Source: a virus (lineage: Duplodnaviria; Heunggongvirae; Uroviricota; Caudoviricetes; Crassvirales). From it: 64,000 nucleotides of DNA. The notes beneath the pieces are model-generated. The model was not told the origin of the DNA. It made no database searches and worked only from the letters and a program-made list of their open reading frames with translations. Positions 27,096-36,500 of the stretch are shown in pieces (positions within the stretch are counted from its first letter, which is position 1; each line of letters opens with the position of its first letter). Location: positions 1-64,000 of the IMG/VR virus record IMGVR_UViG_3300032053_000036. One strand, written 5' to 3'. The translations under genes were made by a program, and so were the position numbers.

Positions 27096-28343
27096 ATGAA
27101 TAACAATCAACAGATGATTGAACGATTGAAGGAAATGTTGTATAAGAAAAAAAGTAAAGCATATTATGCAGAAGCTTTAGGGGTAAGTGAAGAAAAGATC
27201 TCAGAACTTTATAAGGAGATGGGTAGACGACAAACAATCAACAGAGCACCAAAGAAGTTACATAGTGCTGCTAATAAATCAGTTAAGTATGAGGAGGATA
27301 TTGTAAGTGGTACAGGTGAGCTAGTTTTTAATACAGATGAGGAAATAAAAAGTCTTGATGATCTTATAAAGAAGTCAAAGATTGATACAGATAAGTGGAA
27401 TATAACTAAATACATACAGAACTATTGGGGGAATACAAACAATCCCTGTTGGCAGGTAAAAGCTTGGTTAAGTAAGAAAGGTGATGAACAGCTCTTTCAG
27501 GATTATTTTGTTGAGTTTCTAACTACCTATAAACCAGTAGCAAAGAAAACATCTGCTCCTAAGGAAACAGATAAATCAGAAGCTTGTCTAATAATAAATA
27601 AACAAGATTCTCATTTAAACAAACATGACATTAATGGTGACAATAAGATTGAATGGAGAGGTGCTGATATTGAAACAAGAGTTAGCACTATACTTGCTCA
27701 GGCAAAACTATCCAATGATCTTACAACAGTCACTTACATAATAGGATCTGATGAGTTTAATAGTGAGTGGACAGGCATGACCACTAAAGGAACTCCTCAA
27801 CAGAACACAGACGATTATCAGAAGTCTTTTGAAGAAATATGTAATCATGAGATAGATATGATTACACTTCTTTTAAGAAATGCCAAGTATGTAGAGGTTA
27901 TATATGTTCCTGGGAACCATGATGAGTATGTAGGGTGGCATTTGATAAAGTGGTTAGATGCATACTTTAGACATGATGTGCAAGATGAAAGAGTGGTGTT
28001 TAATACAGAACCAAGCTATAGGAAGTATATATCCTATGGAACTACAGCAATGATGTTTAATCATGGAGATGCTATAAAGCCTTCAAAGCTTGCAAGTATA
28101 TTTCCAATGGAATTTAGAGATGAGTGGTCATATTATGATCACTTTTATATTTTTACAGGAGATAAACACCATGAGGTTTCACAAGACTTTAATGGTATTA
28201 AGTTCTACCAGATTCCTGCCTTTTCAAAGGCAAAAAGTAAATGGGATGATAAACATGGCTACACTTGCTCTAAAGGAGAGATTACAGCTTTCCTAATAGA
28301 AAAAGGACAAGGCATGACAAACATATTTAAACAGTATTTATAA
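27096..28343 (+). CDS. Calcineurin-like metallophosphoesterase domain protein (415 aa).
   Basis: VIYVPGNHDEY (GNH[DE] motif III), MFNHGDAIKP and IFTGDKHHEV match the phosphoesterase motifs in the right order. Confidence 0.45.
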   Translation: MNNNQQMIERLKEMLYKKKSKAYYAEALGVSEEKISELYKEMGRRQTINRAPKKLHSAANKSVKYEEDIVSGTGELVFNTDEEIKSLDDLIKKSKIDTDKWNITKYIQNYWGNTNNPCWQVKAWLSKKGDEQLFQDYFVEFLTTYKPVAKKTSAPKETDKSEACLIINKQDSHLNKHDINGDNKIEWRGADIETRVSTILAQAKLSNDLTTVTYIIGSDEFNSEWTGMTTKGTPQQNTDDYQKSFEEICNHEIDMITLLLRNAKYVEVIYVPGNHDEYVGWHLIKWLDAYFRHDVQDERVVFNTEPSYRKYISYGTTAMMFNHGDAIKPSKLASIFPMEFRDEWSYYDHFYIFTGDKHHEVSQDFNGIKFYQIPAFSKAKSKWDDKHGYTCSKGEITAFLIEKGQGMTNIFKQYL

Positions 28344-29071
28344 TGTCAACATTAAGAAAACTAGTTTCAGATGTACGATCAATGCATAAGCTTCTATCTA
28401 CAGATAGCTTAATAACAGATCGTGTTATAGCTTCTGAAATCAAAAATAATGCTCAGCTTCTTATAAAGAGAGAAACAAATCTTAGAAAGCTTTGGGCTAC
28501 ATCAACTCTCTTCACTACCATTCCTTGTTTAGAGATGATGGAAGTTTCTATTTCAGAGTGTTGTAATTATGTAGACCCCTGTACAGTGGCAAGAACTAGA
28601 TTCAAGCTCCCAAGAATAGGAGAAGGTAATTACCAATATCTTATACAGGGTGTGTATTCAATTAACGCAATGAGTGGTTCTGGAAAGAAGCTTAAAGAAA
28701 TTACTATCAATAGGTATATAAATCTATTGAAGCTTCCTATTATAAAGAATGAAGAATACTACTGGATTGTGAATGACTACTTGTATGTAAGCAATCCTCT
28801 TCTTCAAGCTATAAGAATAGCTGCATTCTTTGAACAGGATGTTCCTAATGAGATTATGTATCCTGAATGTGATTGTGGAGATGCAAGACCTACAGATGAA
28901 GAGTGGTGTAAAAACCCTTTGGACAAACCTTATGGTCTTCCAGGATACCTAGAGAGTCAAGTTTTACAATTAACATCGCAGAAACTTTTAACTACATATT
29001 TTGCATTGAAAACAGATTTCACAGATAATCAGTTAGATGGACAAGCACCAAACGCACCAGCAGGAAAATAA
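28343..29071 (+). CDS. Virion or tail-associated protein (242 aa).
   Basis: TAATG coupling within the module. Confidence 0.4.
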   Translation: MSTLRKLVSDVRSMHKLLSTDSLITDRVIASEIKNNAQLLIKRETNLRKLWATSTLFTTIPCLEMMEVSISECCNYVDPCTVARTRFKLPRIGEGNYQYLIQGVYSINAMSGSGKKLKEITINRYINLLKLPIIKNEEYYWIVNDYLYVSNPLLQAIRIAAFFEQDVPNEIMYPECDCGDARPTDEEWCKNPLDKPYGLPGYLESQVLQLTSQKLLTTYFALKTDFTDNQLDGQAPNAPAGK

Positions 29072-29544
29072 TGAGAGTAAAAGTAGATTGGAGAAGTGCT
29101 AGTAGAGATAATTACAATAGTTTTTGTAAATTACACCCATCAATAAAACTTACATTTGATGAGTGGAGAAATATTGTCTACTCATTCAATGATTCTTTTA
29201 AAAACTACATATTAGAGACAGGAGAAAAAGCAAGACTTCCTTTTGGGTTTGGAGAGTTTTCAATTAATAAAAAGAAGAGAAAAAAGAGGAAAGGGTTGAG
29301 TGATGAGTTTGTAAATCTTCCTATTGATTGGCAAAAGACTAAAGAGAAAGGAAAACGTATTTACAATTTCAATTTTCACACAGAAGGGTTTTTCTTTGGA
29401 TGGATGTGGTTTAAAAATTCAGCCAGAATAAAGAATGTTGACCTTTGGTATTTCAAAGCATCGAGGGTTACATCAAGACTCTTGTCTCATTATATAAAGA
29501 CTAATGAGAAATATCAACATATGTATAACGAGTGGAAAAAATAA
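29071..29544 (+). CDS. Basic protein (157 aa).
   Basis: NKKKRKKRKG basic patch, TAATG coupled. Confidence 0.4.
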   Translation: MRVKVDWRSASRDNYNSFCKLHPSIKLTFDEWRNIVYSFNDSFKNYILETGEKARLPFGFGEFSINKKKRKKRKGLSDEFVNLPIDWQKTKEKGKRIYNFNFHTEGFFFGWMWFKNSARIKNVDLWYFKASRVTSRLLSHYIKTNEKYQHMYNEWKK

Positions 29545-29550
29545 AATAAT

Positions 29551-30516
29551 ATGAGCTACTACTATAAATATAATTTCACAACGCCTGAGATAGTTTATTC
29601 CACAGTAAAAGAGGAATTAAAAAGCTATTTTGATACAGGAGCAATTGATGATCTTTTGTTCCCAACCTATCTTGACAAGTGTCTCAGGAAGTTAGGAAGA
29701 ACAACGTATGTCATAGCTGAAACTGCTCTGTTTATAGAAGACTTTCAATGTAGGCTTCCAGATAACTTTTATGCTGTAAGAGAAGCATGGATGTGTTCTG
29801 AAATTCCAGGCAATCCATATCAAGGTGCAAGTTCATTCTATTCCCAAGCTCTTACACAGACAACTATACAAGTGAGTCCTGTAATATCAAACCAAGTGGC
29901 TTGTAATAGTAATTGTCCTCCTAATAATTGTACATGTATGCCAGAACTTATTCAGGCTGTGTATAAAACAAATCAACAGATCCCAAGGTCTTACAAAAAA
30001 CAATATCTCCTGAAACCAGGAAATATTTCTGTTAGACAACATTGTAATGTAGATTATACAAATAATTGGAGCTTTGCACAACAAGGTGTTCCTGTTAATG
30101 AGTTTACACCAGGATCAGCATCTCTTGACTCATTTGATATTAGAGATAATAAGTTTGTTACAAATTTTAGAAATGGTATAGTTCATTTAGTTTTCTATGC
30201 TACAGAGTATGATAATGGTGGGAATCAAATGATTCCAGATAACTATCGTATCAGAGAATATATTGAAGCTTTCATTAAGTTTAAAATGTTTGAAACACTA
30301 ACAAACCAAACAAATGATGAAACCTTTCAACAGCTACAACAAAAGCTTGTATATCACAAGCAATTGTCTGAAGAAGCATTCATCATGGCAGATATTGAAA
30401 TTAAGAAACAAGACGCATATGCTAAACAGAGAAGGATCAAGAATGATCTAAACAGATTTAACATGTACGAATTACCAAATAGAACAAACAGATATGGCTG
30501 GAGAAGAAACAACTAA
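29551..30516 (+). CDS. Tail-associated protein (321 aa).
   Basis: Intact ORF. Its end overlaps the giant ORF by 23 nt. Confidence 0.4.
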   Translation: MSYYYKYNFTTPEIVYSTVKEELKSYFDTGAIDDLLFPTYLDKCLRKLGRTTYVIAETALFIEDFQCRLPDNFYAVREAWMCSEIPGNPYQGASSFYSQALTQTTIQVSPVISNQVACNSNCPPNNCTCMPELIQAVYKTNQQIPRSYKKQYLLKPGNISVRQHCNVDYTNNWSFAQQGVPVNEFTPGSASLDSFDIRDNKFVTNFRNGIVHLVFYATEYDNGGNQMIPDNYRIREYIEAFIKFKMFETLTNQTNDETFQQLQQKLVYHKQLSEEAFIMADIEIKKQDAYAKQRRIKNDLNRFNMYELPNRTNRYGWRRNN

Positions 30517-33500
30517 TCAGGGAAATAACATAAACCCAGAGTATAACGTAGGTAGACTTGGCCTTAATATGGATCAATCTGTTAATCAGATTCCAAAGGG
30601 CACGTTATCTTATGCACTGAACGCTGCTGTTGAGAACTTTGATGCTAATTCTGTCAACTATCAGAATGAGCCAGGTAATGAGTTTTGTCTAAACTTTCCT
30701 ACAGGGTATCATCTTATAGGAGAGCATTTTATAAATGAAAAGAGTAAGCATGTATTCTTCTTAGCAAATCCTGATTCAGAAGAATCTGAGATTGGTTATA
30801 TGGATAATACTGATTGTGTCTATCGCACATTTGTAAATGCTAAGTGTTTAAACTTTAATATAAAAAATCCAATACATAAAGTTGTTCATAAAATATCAAA
30901 CTGTACTACAGAGATATATTGGACAGATGGATTAAATCCTAGAAGATATGTTGATCTTGAGGACATAACAAAAATATATACAGTTACTCCTGGTACAGAT
31001 GTTTGTGATAATCAGCGACTACCTATAATTGATTGTAATAAATTTAAAATACAACCCAACTTTGAAATCCCTGAACTTAGTATTGTAGATGTTAGAAATG
31101 GTGGAGACCTAACAGCAGGAACCTATCAGTTTGCAATACAATATTGTGATTCCTTAGGAACAGGATATACATCATATTATTCTGTAACAAACCCTACACC
31201 AATATTTGATCCTAATAAAGTAACACTTGATTTTAATTATCAAGTGGGTAAGTCTATTGTGGTGAACATCAATAACATAGACATAACAGGATATTTTCAA
31301 TTTTTTAATGTTGCTGTAATTAAAACAGTGAATAATATAAGTTCTGTAGAACTAGTTGGAACATATTTTATAGACAGAGTTACAAAAGAAATCATCTACA
31401 CAGGTCAGAATGTAACACAGATAAGGCTTACAATAGATGATATATTTGAAAAGTTTCCTTACTATGATGTAGCTCAAGATATTACAGCTGTACAGGATAT
31501 TCTTGTATGGGATAATCTTACATCTGCTGAAAGAATAAATTATCAACAAATAGCAAATAGAATAACTCTTCAATGGCAGAGTTATAGAATTCCAAATACA
31601 GAAACATACGCTGATGAATTAAACGCAACTAATCTTCGTGGGTACATGCGTGATGAGGTTTATGCATTTGAAATAGTCTTTCTCCTAAGGAATGGTAAAC
31701 AAACAGATGGCTTTCATATTCCTAGTAGAGCAGTAAATCCTCAAGATGTTGTTCTTGTTGATGAGACAAATCAAGACTTTATAGGAGAACCTGAAACAAC
31801 AGTTGGTAACTTAGGCTATAGTCCTTATTGGAAAATATATAACACAGCATACAAAGTTGCAGATGCTCCAGGTAAAACAGGACTATCTTCTTACAAAGGA
31901 GACTGGGAATATGGTGAGTTTGCATATTGGGAATCAACAGAAACCTATCCTTGCAATGAGGAAGTTTGGGGTGATCTTTCAAACCAACCAATCAGACATC
32001 ACAAGTTTCCTGATGTTCTCGTAAGTCCTATATTTGAAAGTCCTACAATAGCAATTGATGGTAATGGAAAGTATGCTCCTGTAACACAAAAAGATGCCAT
32101 CTATCCACTTGGTGTAAAACTTGACGTTGCTCAAGTGCTTACATTAATACAGCAATCAAATCTAACAGCTGATCAAAAGGCAGAAGTTGTAGCATTTAAA
32201 ATAGTGAGAGGTGATCGTGGCACAAACAAGTCTGTAATTGCAAAAGGTATATTGAGGAATGTAGGAAAGTATAGTAGAGAAGGAACAGACTATTACTATC
32301 CAAACTATCCATACAATGATCTTAGACCAGATCCATTTATCAATGATGCAAGTAATGCGTACACCACTGCATTCATCTCAGGACTAAATGCAAGCATTAC
32401 GTGTAGAAGTTTTACAATCACAGCTAAGACAGACTCTGTAATTGAATATCAAAGTTGTGCAACAACATTAACAGATACAATAGAAGTTAAAGCTGGTGAG
32501 GTAAAAGAAGTGTGTTCTTTTGATTTTCCAAAACCAAAAATTATATCAGGACAAGCTTTTATAACATGCAATACATATAAAAGATATAGTATCTATGCAC
32601 GGGGAGGAGAGTTTAATATTACATGGCCTCATATTCCTGGAGTTAACAACTGGCCTTATTTTAGACCAATAGGAACGAATCAAGCAGATCCTGATAATTA
32701 TCCTTATGGGGCACCACCATTAGGATACTCTTCTTGGGAGTTATATTGTATTGATAATCCAGGTAACACTGCTTGTGCATCTTGTTTAAATCCAAATGCT
32801 ACATGGAATCCTGGATGGCCTACAGAGTTTTGGTATTCTCATTATTGTGGAAGATATGATGCTAGAGATTGTGGGTATACTTGGTATGTAGATTCTATTG
32901 TTCCTCCTGTATGGAATGGTGTAGGCTATACTAGTTTTATAATAAAAGAAGTAGCATCCTTTAATAAAGGTAATTGTACACCAAACCCTTTAGATGGGTT
33001 TAAATTTCCTGAGGCTGCATATAGACTTGTATTTAATTCTCCTGAAACATCATTTGGACAACCATTCCTTGGAAATATTCTAAGACTTGAGAATGTAATG
33101 TATGGAGCTGGTCATGCTCATTTTGTACAAGTAAAAGGTAATGCAAACTATAAACTTCTTACAGCTGAGGCTCAAGGAGATGCTCTTGATTCATCACTTA
33201 ATCTTGCAAATATTACAGGAACATTTGATCCTGCAGCTATGTTTGTTGCCTACCAAGCATATCTAACAATATATGTAAATGGTATCACAAGAAGAAACTA
33301 TGCATATTCATTCAACTCTATTGCTGGGTATGATTATTCTTCAATTATAGCAAATGGTCTTGGTGTAAAACAAAGAGAGATAGATCTTACACAATATCTT
33401 ATTCCTGTTGTACAAAATGTTGGAGATGATCATAGTATAAATAACTGGTATAGAGAATCCTCTGTATACATTAAAACTAATAGTAACACAGATACATATG

Positions 33501-36500
33501 ATGTTCCATATATAGTTTATGAGATTTGTAACAATTCAATATTCCCTCTTAATAATTTAAGAGTTCAAATAACAGATCCAGCTACAGGAGTGACAATAGT
33601 TACTATTCCTGGTGCAAGCACTTGTATAAATTATAACTCAACAACCTACCCTGTTCGTATTTCTGGTCCTTCAACCTATACAATTACAGCATTAGGTAAT
33701 GGTGTACAGCCTGTAGCTTTAACAAGATCAGCTCTACCTTTTCCAAGTAATACACCAAGTCTTTCTCCTGGAGGAGTTAGTCTTATAGAGGATGATACAA
33801 GATTTATTCTTTCTGATGCCACAAGAGGTGGTGATTGTAATAAGCCTCAGAAGGAACTAGATACAAAAGTGGTTGCATACTATGCATCTATGAAGAATGA
33901 TTTTGTTAATCAGTGGGGACAGATGTATTCATATGATACTATCGACACAGGATTTCAAAGAAATATTGATCTTCAAAAAGCATTAAATCCATATGCTCAA
34001 GGAACTGTAACAGTGTTTGGTGGAGATACATTTATTAATAAGTTTGCATTCAAAACAAAGCTTCCATTCTTTATAGATAACAGAGTGAATGCTCCTGATG
34101 ATTCAGATATATTCTACGATGAGATTGGTAATGTTGCCTATCCTACATACTGGCACTCTGCAAGATCTGTACTAGGAAATTACTTTGCTGGAAATGTAGT
34201 TGGTACTAGTGATGTAGACATGACAAATATGATCTCTATAAAAGCTCATAATTTTGATTGTCCTAATAGCCAAACTCCTAAAGCAAACAATCCTGGAAGA
34301 ACTTATTATGATGGTAAGTTTTATCTATTTGCTTATGGTGTTCCATCATTCTATTGTGAGAGTGTAGTGAACGTAGATCTTCGTCAAGCATTTAATAATA
34401 GAGAAGGAGAATTCTGGCCTCATGTAAGCACAAGTATTCCTGATGATTGGTTCCAAGAGAATTTTGTAACTATTGCTCAGGATAATACATACTATTATAA
34501 TGTTACATTCTCTAAACAGAATAGAGAAAACTATTTCTCACATCTACCTGTAGATTGGGAAAAGAAACTTTGTTACACTTATTATCCATTCAGAGCTATA
34601 TATTCTGATATGCAAATAGACATTGTAACAAATCAAACAAACAACTGGTTGATTTATCGTCCAGTGTCTTATTTTGATTTTCCTCAGAACTATGGTAAGC
34701 TTACATCATTAGATGGTGTTCAGAATAAAGAGATTCTTGCAAGGTTTGAGAACAAGACACTTCTATACAATCAGTTGATAACAATTGATACAAGTAATCC
34801 AAAAGCTGCATACATAGGAAACAGTAAATTATTTGAAGGAGCTCCTCCTGTAGATTTTGCAGATACAGACCTTGGCTACATAGGATGTCAGAACAAGATG
34901 TTATTAAAGATTCCACAAGGACAAGTTACAGTTGATGCTAAAAGAGGACAAATATTTCTTTTAACAGGACAAGGTGCAAAAGATCTTTCTGCATTTGGTT
35001 CAGGATTGAATAGATTCTTTACAGACCACTTAGCCTTTGAAATCCTTAGATATTTCCCTGAGGTGGATACAGATAATCATTTTGATGGTATTGGATTACA
35101 TGGTGTATACGATTCTAAGTATGATAGAATCATAATAACAAAACTTGACTACATTCCAGTTGCAGGAAAGAATGTAATGTTTGATGCTATAAACAATAAG
35201 TTTTATGTAGAGAGAATCTTAGGAAATGCAACAATTATAGATGAGGTTTTTGTAACAGATTATGAATACTTCTGTAATAAATCATGGAGTCTTTCATTCA
35301 ACTTCAATACAAACAGTTGGATCAGTTTCCATAGCTATATTCCAAACTGGTATGTAGCTGAGAACAACTTCTTCTATTCAGGACTTAATGGAGGTTGTGA
35401 CATTGCTGCTATTGCGTATGAGGAAGTCATATACACCACATCAAGTACAACTACTCCTTGTATAGGATGTAAACCTCCAGAGTCTACAACATCAACAACA
35501 ACAGTTTATGTAGATTGTGATCTCGAAGGAACAGCTATATTAGAACCAGAACCAACAACCACTACCACTAGTTCTAGCAGTACAAGCACATCTACTAGCA
35601 CAAGTACGACAACTATAACTACAACACTTTGTCCTTCATGTAGTACATACACAGTAACAAACTCAACAGCATTTTCACAACCAGTTACAATAACATCATG
35701 TTATACAAATGAAGAGTTTGTAGTTTATGTAAGTGCAAATAGTTTCATAAATATATGTTCTTGTATACCACCAGAAGTTACAATTGGTGTAACACAATCA
35801 CTTCTTGCAGAAGAGTGTGTTGGTTGCTTCTGTTATACAGTAACAAATGATACAGGAAAAGATTCAGACTTTAGTTACACCACGTGTAATGGTGTAGATT
35901 TAACTCTATCAATATTGAATGGACAATCACTACAAGTTTGTGCTCAACAGTTTTCAGTGACATCATTCTTCCCAGTCTTAATAGAAGGAGGAATGCTTCC
36001 TTGTAGTGTGGATGGAGATTGTACACCAATACCTACAACTACAACTACCAGTAGTTCTACAAGTACAACTACTACCACTACAACAGTGGGTCCTATAAGT
36101 GTACCTCTTTGTGCAGTTCTTTATAATGATACTGATGGACTAATCTACTACTATAATCTCATAACAGATACTTCAACGTTATTGCCTGTACCAGCAACTA
36201 GTTCAATGTACAATCTTGACATTGCTCACACTCAGAATAAATTATGGACACTTTCAACTAATAAACTTTTAGAATGGGACATAACACTAACTCCATTCAC
36301 TGCAGTGTATAATAGAAATATAACTTTACCACACATAGTTGGAGTAGGATTAGGTGCAATAAATGATACAACATTAATTTCTGTAAATCCTCTAACTACA
36401 CCTCAGAGTGTTGTTACATTAGATATATCAATAACTCCTGCAACATCAACTTATAAGTTTGATATGATTGCTAATAGAACAGTTGCTGGAGATATTCTAC

